Assembly (NCBI RefSeq): GCF_902459465.1
Contig: NC_047062.1
Span: forward strand, 10,168,001-10,232,000
DNA: 64,000 bases
Source: Asterias rubens
Taxonomy: Eukaryota
Reading direction: 5' to 3'
In this document: one piece after another, positions 26,050-37,200 of the stretch
Numbering within the stretch: the first letter of the stretch is position 1
Layout: every line of letters starts with the position of its first letter
Program-made: the position numbers and the translations under genes
Notes under the pieces: generated by a model
The model's database searches: none
What the model saw: the letters and a program-made list of their open reading frames with translations, nothing else
What the model was told of the DNA's origin: nothing

Positions 26050-26400
26050 AGGCAGTGAACACTGAAAATAATGATTAGCATATTATTTACTTGGTAACGA
26101 GTAATGGGGAGAAGTTGATGGTATAAAACATTGTGAGAAACGGCTCCCTCTGAAGTGACATAGCTTTCGAGAAAGAAATGTTTTTTTATTTGATTTCGAG
26201 ACCTCAGGTTTATAATGTGATGTCTCGAAATCCACCATCTAAAAGTACACAACTTCGTGTGACAAGGGTGTTTTTTCTGTCATTATTATCTCACAACTTC
26301 GACAACCAATTGAGCTCAAATTTTCGCAGGAATGTTATTTTATGCATAATGTTTAGATACACCAAGTGAGAAGACTGGTCTATGATATTTACCAATAGTG
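26050..26400 (-). mobile_element. Kolobok-like MITE family A, one end eroded
   Basis: TTAA-aggcagtgaacac...tttaccaatagtg. Confidence 0.75.
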
Positions 26401-27355
26401 ACAGATTTCTTTTTACAAATATTTGCAAGTTTCGTGTATTCCCTGATGTTCAAATGAGTAAACGAAAACGTCAAGTGTTTTATGATCTAGAGAGAAAGAG
26501 AGCACATTACTATGTCCTTGATGTATTTCTCTCAATTTGGTGTGGTGTGTTAAGATGATCCCCTGCTGACTGCCGCTATTCGGGTTGTACCGTAATTTGG
26601 GTGTGATACCTGGCTATATTATGGCTTGTGAGTGGCACCCCAAACAACGATATTGACAAAATAGGAAAACCTCGAACAAAGGGCTCAGTTGGTCGAGCAG
26701 CGGTACGTTAATCCGAAGGTCGTTGAATCGAGTCCCACTCTAGTTAACTGTTTATTGTTTAACTCCAAAACCATATACCAAGACAATTTCCCTTGTGGTT
26801 TATTATAGAGGCAAAGCACTGTCCGTGCTGTAAATACTGTTTACTACTTATGCTCGATAAGCACTCGGGGAGTTATTTTTGTGTTTGGATCATCTTTTCA
26901 TTAGAGAACCATTTAAAAACTAATGTTTTGGGTCGAGCAAAGAACAAGTTATCAAAAAGCGGGATTTGAGTTACTAACCTCCGGATTATAACGTGCCGGT
27001 GCTCTACACTGAGCTATTTAGGCCTATGCTGGCGGTTCCCTATTTTGTCAATACCTTTCTTTGTTAGGGGTGCCAGTCAGAAGCAAAAGCCTACTCGAAG
27101 CCAGTTTAGAAGCTGCTATTGTCAAAAACAGGCCCAAAATCATTTAAAATGTACACACTCAGTTGCCTGTGTTGCTCATTATCTCTTATCCGAGAAAAAA
27201 AAGTCGCATGTCGACAAGGTGAACCCTTGGCTGCAGCTTCCCTATTGTATCTTAAACTTGAGCATACCTGGCTGGATGGCTAAAGGGCAGTATGGTTGGA
27301 TATGGCTTCCAACTGGTAACCCTGAACAGAGATACTGTCAAAAAAGGGAGACCAC

Positions 27356-27527
27356 TGTCACATTCACACATGCATACAGACAGGACTAGCGCCCTCTAGA
27401 GTCTAACCCCTACTCATGTACCTTTCCATCAAGATGGCAGCCAAGTGTTAACGTGATTAAAACTACCAAAGTTCATGATACAAGCTGAGTCCCTCTCTCT
27501 CTCTAAATGCCAGCAGGAGGCATTACA
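27356..27527 (+). repeat. Gypsy 5' LTR
   Basis: TGTCAC...TTACA; identical to 32064-32235; followed by the PBS. Confidence 0.96.
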
Positions 27528-27684
27528 TGGTGGCAGCGGTAAACTGAAGAGTTATGTGAGTAGCAAAACAAAGTCATCATATCAATAAAAGTGTGATTTT
27601 CTTGCCGTTTTTGCTCACGTAAACAAAACGTTGAAAACAGAACTGAGAACTTCAATTATACCCTGTGTAATACAATACATTACG

Positions 27685-30600
27685 ATGGCGTTCAGCTCTG
27701 CAGTCTCAGCCCCCCAGATGGACTGGGAAGCGCCAGATATTGTGGCAACGTTCTCCAGGTTCAAACAAAAGTGTGAACTAATGTTTTGCAGCGTACTAAA
27801 ATCAGCAAATGATGAAGAGAGAGCAAGTTATCTCCTGCTATGGGTAGGAGAACAAGGTTTAGATAAATACAATAGCTGGACCTTTGAAGAAGAGGAAGAC
27901 AGAAAAAAGCCAGATAAGCTACTGTCCCGCTTCCAGAAACACTTGGAACCAAGGTCAAACCATCGTATCTATCGATACAAATTGCAAGACATGCGACAGA
28001 ACGCCGATGAGGCAGCTGATGATTTTGTAACAAAGATGAAAGCCATAGCTGTCAAATGCAAATACAGAGACGACAAAGAAATGGAAGATCGTCTTGTTGA
28101 CCAGTTGATCTGGGGTTCGTCACACAAAGACGTACAAAAAGTGCTGATAGGAAGGGACGAGAAACTAACGCTAAATGATGCCATCGACGTTGCTCGAAGC
28201 CATGAAGCAACTACAAATCAACTCAAGTCCCTACCAGAAACAAGCCGCAACTCAAACACAGCCGGCAAGACTGAACAGTCCATAAACGCATCACGCACAA
28301 CCAGATCCAAACAGCCAGGAAAAGGAAACAAACCGCCTACATGCTACAATTGCGGCCGGGTGCACGATCTAAAACCAAAGAGCAACTGCCCCGCCTATGG
28401 TAGTACCTGCCGAAACTGTGGAAAAGAGAACCACTGGCAATCGGTATGCAGATCTGGGAAACCCCCAAAAGGCAAACCTCCACACAAATCTCCACTCAGA
28501 CGAGTGCATTACTTTGACGAAGAGGAAATTATTGATGAATACCTCACCATTGGCACCATAGAAGTCAGCAGTATTGGTTCATCGGACGACACGAGAGATG
28601 AAGTTTTTGCAAAGTTACGCATAAACCAGAAAGGCAGAAAACCAATCATGCTCCGGTGCAAAGTAGACACTGGTGCTCAGAGTAACCTTCTGCCAGTCCA
28701 TCTTTTCCGCATCATTTTTCCAGAGAAATTGGACAGTAACGGAAATCCAGAGCCCAGCACGCTGGAAACAAGTAAAATGGCACTCACTGCATATGGCGGA
28801 TCCAAAATCAAGCAACTGGGCACAGTGAAAATTCCCTGCATGTACAATGACACAAAGCACAACTGCGTTTTCTACGTCACTGATGCAGCGGGCCCAGCAA
28901 TCCTTGGCCTAAAGACATGCCAAGCCCTGAACTTGATCACATTACACTGTGCAGTGGAAACAACAACTGTGGTGGAAAATGAGCAAACAAATAATCCTGT
29001 CCAACTTCAACAGGAAAAGCTCACGAAAGATACATGCAGCGGTCAACGCGTTCACTTCGCTGACCCATCGGTGACGAGAACTGAATCACCAACACCACAT
29101 CGTTCTCCAAAATACATCCAAAGAAATACACCACTTCTCGAGAGGCCGAATATCGGGAGTAAATCTGACCTCCTCGAAATGTATCCCGATTGTTTCGATG
29201 GCACTGTTGGCTGTTTTGAGAACTTTAAATACCACATCACTCTCGATCCGGAAGCCAGACCGGTTATACACCCACCACGTAGGGTTCCCTTGGAGATCAG
29301 AGATAAACTCAAGGGAGAGTTAGATGAGATGGAATCCAAAGCGATTATCATGAAAGTTTCCAAGCCAACAGACTGGGTTAACTCACTAGTGATACGTGAG
29401 AAAGCAAACGGCCGACTGCGCCTATGTCTAGATCCCAAGGACCTCAACCGAGCCATCAAAAGAGATCACTACCCTGTGCCTACTCTCGAAGAAATCACAC
29501 CTAAGCTATCCGGTGCTAAAATGTTTAGCAAGCTTGATGCCAGAAACGGCTATTGGAATGTCGAACTAGATGAACAATCTACGTACCTCACCACATTCAA
29601 CACCCCTTTTGGCCGATACCGATTCTTGAGAATGCCCTTTGGTCTCAGGATGAGTCAGGATGTCTTTCAACAAAAGATAGACGAAACCTATCGTGGCTGT
29701 GAAGGCACTGTGGGCATCGCTGACGATATACAAGTATTCGGCAAAAGCGCAAGAGACCATGACATACACCTTCATGAAGCTATGGAACACACCAGACGTG
29801 CAGGGATCAAGTTGAATGCCGAAAAATGCATCATCAAAACGACTGAATGTAGTTTCTTCGGACTGATATACTCACCCGATGGAGTGAGGCCCAACCCAGA
29901 TAAAGTAAAGGCGGTTGAAACGATGCAGCCCCCAGGTGTTAGGAAACAACTGCGAACCTTCCTAGGGCTGGTCAACTACATGGGCCCATTCATCCCTCAA
30001 TTAGCTGAACACTCCGCATCACTGCGGACACTCCTTCGTGAAGATGTTGAGTACATCTGGTCTCCATCACACACAAAAGTGTTCAACTCCATCAAAGCTC
30101 TGATAGCATCAGACACCACACTCGCTTACTACGACCAGAAGCAGCCTGTAATACTGCAAGTTGACGCATCAACCAGAGGACTAGGAGCAACCCTAGTACA
30201 AAAAGGTCGTCCGATAGCATTTGCATCAAAAGCTCTCACACCAGCAGAGACACGATATGCAAACATAGAGCGAGAATTACTAGCAGTCCTATACGGATGT
30301 GAGAAGTTTCATACTTACCTGTACGGTAGAAGATTTCTCGTGGAAAGTGACCACCGCCCACTCCAGCATATCCACAAGAAAAACTTAATGCAGGCCCCAC
30401 CACGACTACAGCGTATACTTCTGCGTCTACAGGCTTACGATATAGAAATACGCTACAAGCCTGGTAAAGAGATGGTCGTTGCGGATGCACTCTCACGACT
30501 CTCCCCAGTGGAAAAGCATGAGATACCAGAGATGAAAGTCCGTATACACCATGTCGTGAGCGTGACACCAACAAAGTTGGAGCTGATAAGGCAAGAGACA

Positions 30601-31830
30601 GCCACAGACATGACCCTCCAGCTGCTGAAACAACAAGTCACAGACGGCTGGCCTGACAGCATCAAGAAAATACAATGCTCCATCAGACCATACTGGTCAG
30701 TCCGAGATGACGTAGCCATAGAAGACGGCACAGTCCTGGTTGGCAGTAGAATCGTGATTCCAAATTCTCTGCGACAGAACATACTACAACAGATCCACAG
30801 CGGTCACCAGGGCATCGACAAGTGCAAGCTGCGTGCAAAATCTTGTGTCTACTGGCCAGGTATATACAAAGACATTGACAATATGGTGACAAATTGCCAT
30901 GCATGCCAGAAATACCAGCGTTCTCAACAGCGTGAACCAATGATCAGTATGGAAGTTCCACCACGTCCATGGCACACCCTTGGAGCTGACCTCTTCCACC
31001 ACGACAAGGTCTGGTACCTGATTATCGCGGATTATTACTCCAAATTTCCGTTTATCCGCAAACTTGACAACCTCACTGCAAGCACCATCACAAGAGTTTC
31101 ACGTGTGCTTTTTGCCGAACAGGGCATCCCAGAGGTTATCGTATGTGACAATGGCACGCAGTTCACCTCTTCCCAATTCCGAGCCCTAGCACAGCAGTAC
31201 GGTTTTCGGATCCAAACTTCTTCACCCTACTACCCCAGAGGTCATGGATTCATTGAAAGACATATCCAAACAGTGAAGAGAATCCTCACCAAATGCAGAG
31301 AGTCAGGGGACGATCCCAACTTAGCCCTCCTAACTCTCCGTGCAACTCCACTCAAGTCAAACCTTGCATCCCCTGCTGAGCTACTGAACAGAAGAAAGTA
31401 CAAGACGACACTACCTTCAATACATCACCCCCCACCAGATCGTGACGATGTGCGAGATATACTGCAGGCAGACCAGTCTTCGCAAACGCAATACTACAAC
31501 AGACGCTCTACCAGTACCCCTATCCAAGAACTCCTCAACGACCAACCCATCTACATCCAAAATCCGATTAACAAAACCTGGAGCCAAGGTAGAGTTATGA
31601 GCAAATCAACTACTCCTCGATCCTACAATGTGGAAACGGAAAGTGGAAGTCAGCTCAGACGAAACAGGGTTCATCTGCGACCAGCTCCCCTGAGTTCTAC
31701 CAAACCAACTCCTGTTCGCAATGCTCCTTCACAACCCCAGAGCAGACCGCTTTCTAACCGCCCCTCAGGAACACCGACAGTGACGCGATCAGGCAGGAGA
31801 GTGAACAAGCCAAACAGACTTGATTTGTAA
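27685..31830 (+). CDS. Gypsy gag-pol polyprotein (1381 aa)
   Basis: From ATG 27685: Cys/His zinc knuckles (CYNCGRVH...C, CRNCGKENHWQSVC), protease VDTGAQSN, RT (KLDARNGYW, RMPFGL, IADD), RNase H (VDAS, ERELLAV), integrase HHCC (HSGHQG...CHAC) and DDE core (GADLF, CDNGTQF, GFIERHIQT). Confidence 0.95.
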   Translation: MAFSSAVSAPQMDWEAPDIVATFSRFKQKCELMFCSVLKSANDEERASYLLLWVGEQGLDKYNSWTFEEEEDRKKPDKLLSRFQKHLEPRSNHRIYRYKLQDMRQNADEAADDFVTKMKAIAVKCKYRDDKEMEDRLVDQLIWGSSHKDVQKVLIGRDEKLTLNDAIDVARSHEATTNQLKSLPETSRNSNTAGKTEQSINASRTTRSKQPGKGNKPPTCYNCGRVHDLKPKSNCPAYGSTCRNCGKENHWQSVCRSGKPPKGKPPHKSPLRRVHYFDEEEIIDEYLTIGTIEVSSIGSSDDTRDEVFAKLRINQKGRKPIMLRCKVDTGAQSNLLPVHLFRIIFPEKLDSNGNPEPSTLETSKMALTAYGGSKIKQLGTVKIPCMYNDTKHNCVFYVTDAAGPAILGLKTCQALNLITLHCAVETTTVVENEQTNNPVQLQQEKLTKDTCSGQRVHFADPSVTRTESPTPHRSPKYIQRNTPLLERPNIGSKSDLLEMYPDCFDGTVGCFENFKYHITLDPEARPVIHPPRRVPLEIRDKLKGELDEMESKAIIMKVSKPTDWVNSLVIREKANGRLRLCLDPKDLNRAIKRDHYPVPTLEEITPKLSGAKMFSKLDARNGYWNVELDEQSTYLTTFNTPFGRYRFLRMPFGLRMSQDVFQQKIDETYRGCEGTVGIADDIQVFGKSARDHDIHLHEAMEHTRRAGIKLNAEKCIIKTTECSFFGLIYSPDGVRPNPDKVKAVETMQPPGVRKQLRTFLGLVNYMGPFIPQLAEHSASLRTLLREDVEYIWSPSHTKVFNSIKALIASDTTLAYYDQKQPVILQVDASTRGLGATLVQKGRPIAFASKALTPAETRYANIERELLAVLYGCEKFHTYLYGRRFLVESDHRPLQHIHKKNLMQAPPRLQRILLRLQAYDIEIRYKPGKEMVVADALSRLSPVEKHEIPEMKVRIHHVVSVTPTKLELIRQETATDMTLQLLKQQVTDGWPDSIKKIQCSIRPYWSVRDDVAIEDGTVLVGSRIVIPNSLRQNILQQIHSGHQGIDKCKLRAKSCVYWPGIYKDIDNMVTNCHACQKYQRSQQREPMISMEVPPRPWHTLGADLFHHDKVWYLIIADYYSKFPFIRKLDNLTASTITRVSRVLFAEQGIPEVIVCDNGTQFTSSQFRALAQQYGFRIQTSSPYYPRGHGFIERHIQTVKRILTKCRESGDDPNLALLTLRATPLKSNLASPAELLNRRKYKTTLPSIHHPPPDRDDVRDILQADQSSQTQYYNRRSTSTPIQELLNDQPIYIQNPINKTWSQGRVMSKSTTPRSYNVETESGSQLRRNRVHLRPAPLSSTKPTPVRNAPSQPQSRPLSNRPSGTPTVTRSGRRVNKPNRLDL

Positions 31831-32063
31831 CAACATACCATCATGTTACTAAACACAACAAATAAACACACAATCAGACACACAGTCATACAATAAAGAA
31901 CAGTTTAATTTGTAAGTTTAATCAACCTGGACTCTTTTAAACAGAACAATGTTTCTCCGGAGGACTGAACTTTTTAAGGAAAAACTGGACTAATGAACAT
32001 TTGTTTTAAAAGATTTGAGATTAATCTTCATTTCCATTGTATTAATCTTTAAAGAAAAGGGGA

Positions 32064-32235
32064 TGTCACATTCACACATGCATACAGACAGGACTAGCGC
32101 CCTCTAGAGTCTAACCCCTACTCATGTACCTTTCCATCAAGATGGCAGCCAAGTGTTAACGTGATTAAAACTACCAAAGTTCATGATACAAGCTGAGTCC
32201 CTCTCTCTCTCTAAATGCCAGCAGGAGGCATTACA
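32064..32235 (+). repeat. Gypsy 3' LTR
   Basis: Preceded by the PPT and followed by the TSD ACCAC; identical to the 5' LTR. Confidence 0.96.
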
Positions 32236-32582
32236 ACCACTAATATTGGGATAGATCAGTCGGTAGAACGCCAGGATGATCTAGTAACTTCACCCCAAAT
32301 CACTTGAAGGCATCTGGCACTGGTATTTTGTCGAACTTAGCTTTTGTCACACCTAAAGATTAAAATTTGTGTTCCCCTTTGCTGACCCATCATGACCTTT
32401 AGTTCAACAAATTAACAAGGGGCTAGTTTTTAGATAAACGCAGACTACTTCAAACTTAATATGACCAAATAATGTAGTCCTAAATGCATCATAAATAAAC
32501 TGTTTTTTGTGATTTCGTTCAAGTTGATTTTTACTAGTACTAGGCTACATTTAGACTTTCTCAAATGGTGTTTCATTTGCAG

Positions 32583-33464
32583 ATGGCAGACTGCAAATTG
32601 TTGGGACAGGTTCGGCTCATGACGTGGGCGGTGCCTCGATCCGTCTCCACTGCCTTCACTAAGTTCATGAGCTTTGCCTGTGAGGATTCAACTATAATCT
32701 TCGAGCCTTATGTCACCGCTTACTGGCACGGGTCCGAGGGACTACAAGATGCTACTCATCGAGCAACTTTAGCAGCTCTAGCAAGTTATGAAGCAGCTGA
32801 GGAGATGGAGCCGTCGGTCACTGGAGGGCGCGAACCGTCCGACTATACATTTGGTTTTGTAAAGGAGCAACTTGATGCTCCTTACACTGGCAATAAGTTG
32901 GTCTTTTGCAAAGACTCCGCCTTTACTGTCGTAGACAACCTTGAGTTTCTCCCGAAAGATTACCGTCACGTGTTTTTAATCCGTCATCCTCTTAAAGTAT
33001 TCGCATCTTGGAAGAAACTGTACCAGAGTTTTACTCCGCATGAGTTTGAACTTGACAAGGTTGTCCCTGTAATGTTTCCTCCAGGTTTCTTCTTCCGTGA
33101 AATGGTCGAATTGCTGGAGCATGTGAGAGAGGTACACGATCCCAAGGCAATCATCATAGATGCAGATGACCTCCTCTCTGACCCCAAAGGCATCCTATCA
33201 GCCCTCTTTAAGGAGGTTGGTCTTCCCTTTGATGAGAAGTATCTTCAGTGGGAGGCCAGTGATGCGGTTGTTGAACAGTGGATGACTAGTAATTTATTAA
33301 AGAAAGCATGGGTGCATCACCAAAGAGCATTAGAAAGCTTCTCCTTTGGAAAACCTAGTGCTCTGCCCGACCGGTCGTCGTTACCTGACGATGTCCTCCG
33401 TTGCACTGATGTCTCGATGCCTTATTATGAAAAGATTTACGCCCAGCGTCTACTGCCAAACTGA
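32583..33464 (+). CDS. Sulfotransferase-like P-loop protein, copy 2 (293 aa, single coding exon)
   Basis: Same acceptor-ATG context (tttcatttgcagATG), TWAVPRSVSTAF and a clear paralogue of 22738-23619; open frame to TGA. Confidence 0.85.
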   Translation: MADCKLLGQVRLMTWAVPRSVSTAFTKFMSFACEDSTIIFEPYVTAYWHGSEGLQDATHRATLAALASYEAAEEMEPSVTGGREPSDYTFGFVKEQLDAPYTGNKLVFCKDSAFTVVDNLEFLPKDYRHVFLIRHPLKVFASWKKLYQSFTPHEFELDKVVPVMFPPGFFFREMVELLEHVREVHDPKAIIIDADDLLSDPKGILSALFKEVGLPFDEKYLQWEASDAVVEQWMTSNLLKKAWVHHQRALESFSFGKPSALPDRSSLPDDVLRCTDVSMPYYEKIYAQRLLPN

Positions 33465-34576
33465 TGGACTACGGATATCCCAATAAGCCAACGTCACAAC
33501 ACACGACTATTGTCTCACAGTTCACTCCACTTCAATTCACTTCAATTCAATTCAATTCACGCGCGAAATACAATAGCTTGGTGGTTAAATTGGCAGCTCA
33601 TTTTCTAAAAAATTATCCAAGAAAACCTATATGTTTGGAAATTTTGTTTTCTAATTATTTTATGTGGATGTTCCATGAAAGGAATATACCAATATAAACC
33701 ACAATAAATTGCGTTCGAGCAGACATATTAACCTTTACTTGACAATTAGTAATGTTCAATTTTTTTTTTTAACTATATATTTCTAAAAAACCGTATTGTA
33801 CATTAATTTGATGTTCAGTGACAGTCTGTTGAGGAAGATTGACACTTCGTCTCTTTCAACATTTAAAGCTACTTGAGCGGAATGTTATAAATGGAAACGG
33901 TGTTTTAACTTGTTTATAATGCACCTGTTCACCATTTCAATGTAATTTGATGTGTTCACTTTCACTTCTGATTTTGTTCGTAATTATCGATTAAAAAATC
34001 AGGCCCAACCTTAAAGTCACCTTGAAGTGGTATTTTGTCAAAATAAAGCTTTTGTCACTAAAATAAAAATGTGTGTTAATGAGTGGAATATGAATAAACA
34101 ATTAACTAAGGTTTTTAAAAATTCGTTTCCATGTTATTTACAAATTTGAAAATAAGCCCGACCCGAGACGTCAATATCGAGGCACGACGAATGTGACGCT
34201 TGGCGCAAGCTAAAAGCATGCCCTCTAAGTTGAAACAATACCTTTTTTCACGTTAGGCAATGGCTCCTTCATGTTCATTACGTCTCTCAGGTACCTTCTT
34301 CGACTTCCCCACTAAAAAAATTGTTGGGATGGAGTCATGTTTTAGAAAAGAACTTTTCTCTTCATGTCAAAATGTATAGTGTGTTCCGGATTCTCAAAGC
34401 ACGACGTCTCGAAGACTTGCAAACTGACCCATCTTTAGTTGTTTAGCTGCATCCAGCAGCAATACACCTGGTCGACATTGCCAGGAAATTAATGCAAAAA
34501 AAAACGTTTTCAAAATGTACAAACTCACGACTAGGACTTTAATGTACTTGCGTACGTGTGTTCGATGTTCGATCGA

Positions 34577-35147
34577 GGCAAAGTTGGTATTCTGCAAAGA
34601 CGCCGCCTTTACTGTCATTGACAAACGGAAGTTTCTCCCGAAAGATTACCGTCACGTGTTTCTTATCCGTCACCCCTTGAGGGTCTTCGCATCTTGGAAG
34701 AAGATGTACCAGAGTTCTACTCCGCTTGATGAAGTTGTACCTGTGCTGAAATTTCCTCCAGGTTTCTTCTTCCGTGAAATGGTCGAATTGCTAGAGCATG
34801 TGAGAGAGGTACACGATTCCAAGGCAATCATCATAGATGCAGATGACCTCCTCTCTGACCCCAAAGGCATCCTATCAGCCCTCTTTAAGGAGGTTGGTCT
34901 TCCCTTTGATGAGAAGTGTCTTCAGTGGGAGGCCGGCGATAAGATTGCCGAGCAGTGGATGGGTTCTAATTTTTTAACTAGCAGAAACAAAGTGTTGGGC
35001 TTGTATCGCACTGCATTGGAAAGCTCTTTTTTTGGAAAGCCTAGTGCTCTGCCCGACCGGTCGTCGTTGCCTGACGATGTCCTCCGTTGCACTGATGCCT
35101 CGATGCCTTATTATAAAAAGTTGTACGCTCAGCGTCTGCTGCCTTAA
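34577..35147 (+). pseudogene. Sulfotransferase-like copy 3, 5'-truncated
   Basis: Homology to copies 1 and 2 begins only at KLVFCKD (~34577-34581); the N-terminal WxxPRSxST half is absent. The remaining frame is open to TAA 35147. Confidence 0.75.
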
Positions 35148-36504
35148 TTAGTGCGTATAGTAACCTATAGTTTTAACATCTGTGACATTACTTCAGTTAA
35201 ATAAATAAGTTTCATCGCAAAAAGGATACAAAAAGGGGACCGTTGAGGCACCGCATACTAATGATTAATTTTTGTTCAAAGAAAACAACATTGGTCCAAG
35301 AACAGATCATTGGGGTACTCTACTTGTAATATTTTTCAATAAAGAGGAGCAACATCCTTTTTTGGTATAAGCCTTGAGAACAGTGAATTAACAGTGAGTT
35401 TCTTCAGCAAGTGTTTTAGTCTCTGGCACAATCTACCTCCATGTTGGCACTCTTCACGACCCAAAATCAGCAGAGTCGCTGACTAAACGAAAACAAAACG
35501 AAGAGGAAACAAAATCACATCAAGACCTACCAATCAGAAGGTCCGTGAGAAACAACCAAATATAAAATACCCGGACTGTTGAGAGCGCGCCACATGGGGG
35601 GGGGGGGGGGGGGCGTTTAAACGGTTTATAATTACCAGTACCGGTTGTTTTCGGATAGCATTATTGTGGAGGTGAACTCACGACCCCGTTCCCCGGGGTA
35701 ATTGATCTCTCCGCCCATATACAAGGATCGACGCGCACGAATGCATATCCGAAAACTGTTTCGTAAAAATGCACCACACGCACAGAGCTCAAAACAGATA
35801 CGTTTTTACCGAGTTTCCTACTTTATTACGCCTTTTAACCAAAATGACGTTTATAAATGGGAATAAAAGAGTAGTGACTCATTCGTAAACGGACGTTCAA
35901 AACCTTGCAGGGTCGTCCGTGGCCGTGCAATATCACACGGCCACGACCCTGTTGGTTTTAAACGGCCGTTTAAGACTTTGTTACTACCCGTTTATTCCCG
36001 TAAACAAACATACTCAAGGAATTCGCTGAATGTTCAGGCACGGTATCTGATACCCTCCCTTCCCACAATCAAAATACCATAAAAGTTCAATGACTAAAAC
36101 GAAGTATACGCGGCGCTATATGATTTTTGGTTGTCAGTAATTTGTGTGATTTTTCATAATGTTATACTTTTAAAATACATCAAATGACAATGATCTATAT
36201 GTCAGATATATAAAACAAATATTGAGTGGCTTTAATTCGTGGAATGGAAGAAATTTTACCGCCTGGTAAAATTTGGACTGTTCCATTTCACTCGGCTTCG
36301 CCTCGTGAAATGGAACAGTCCAAATTTTACCTTGCGATAAATATTCCTCCCATTCCACTCTGAGCCACTCAATATTTGTATGCCCATTGAACTGCAGAGT
36401 CATTACCAAACGAATACAGACCATTCATTGAAGTTGCACCTGGGAAGCGGCATCCAGGGGATCACCTTAAGGGGATGCGACTTTTTGTTTCAGATATCAA
36501 TGTA

Positions 36505-36695
36505 TCGTAATTTGGGTGTGATCCCTGGCTACACGGCAGTTAACGGTTGTATGGTTTCTGACTGGACCCCCGAACAAAGATATTGACAAAATAGGGACTA
36601 GATAGCTCAGTTGGTAGAGCGCAGGCATGTTTATCCGGAGGTCGTTGGTTCGAATCCCACTCTAGTCAATTCTTTGTTCAACCCCATAAATCAAT
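36505..36695 (+). mobile_element. tRNA-related repeat family 2 (pseudo-tRNA head 36596-36668); relatives at ~26585-26760 (+), ~26935-27090 (-) and around the Gypsy insertion site
   Basis: Shared leader cgtaatttgggtgtgat...gatattgacaaaataggg followed by gctcagttggtagagc...ggttcgaatcccactctagt. Confidence 0.7.
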
Positions 36696-36898
36696 TTTTA
36701 TAACAAAGAAACACCCAACAGATGACGTTAAGGTATTGTCATTTTGACGCACGCCGTCAACGGCAGGAGTGCGACTAGGGTTTGGTCTAAAAAAGTTTGG
36801 CACTAATCGCATGAGAACATGCATGGTTAGCCTAATTTCGCGTTTCTGACATGTTTAGCAGATTGTACACACTAGCTTCCTGCTTTATAAGATCTAAA

Positions 36899-37200
36899 AG
36901 GCAGTGGACACTATTGGTAATTACTCTAAATAATTATTAGCATAAAAACTTACTTGATAACAAGCAATGGGGAGTTTTTGATAGCATACAACATTGTGAG
37001 AAACGGCTCCCTCTGAAGTAAAGTAGTTTTCACCGCAAATATTTGAATTTGATTTCGAGACCTCAGAATAAGATTTTGTGGTCTCAAAATCAAGCATCCG
37101 AAAGCACACAACTTCGTGTGACAATGGTGTTTTTTCTTCCATTTTAGCAGGTTGTTATATTGTGCATATACCTATGTTGAGATACACCAAGTGAGAAGTC
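36899..37200 (-). mobile_element. Kolobok-like MITE family A, truncated
   Basis: aggcagtggacactattggtaattact and family-typical interior; far end missing. Confidence 0.7.

Larger units (their letters stand above)
27356..32235 (+). mobile_element. Full-length Ty3/Gypsy LTR retrotransposon (Mag-like), apparently intact
   Basis: Identical 172-bp LTRs (27356-27527, 32064-32235; TG...CA). 5-bp TSD ACCAC (27351-55, 32236-40). PBS TGGTGGCAGCGGT at 27528-27540, complementary to a tRNA-Leu 3' end. PPT AAAGAAAAGGGGA at 32051-32063. Single gag-pol ORF. Confidence 0.97.

Noticed and set aside
27761-31889. Antisense ORFs within the Gypsy element (likewise overlapping ORFs in the GC-rich DIRS)
   Set aside because: Shadow frames of the real coding sequence, with no independent motifs.
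36596-36668. Apparent tRNA-Asn(GTT) cloverleaf with a perfect acceptor stem and D-arm
   Set aside because: Two mismatches in the anticodon stem, one in the T stem and a purine at position 32; it is embedded in a repeat with degenerate relatives nearby, so it was called a SINE-like head.
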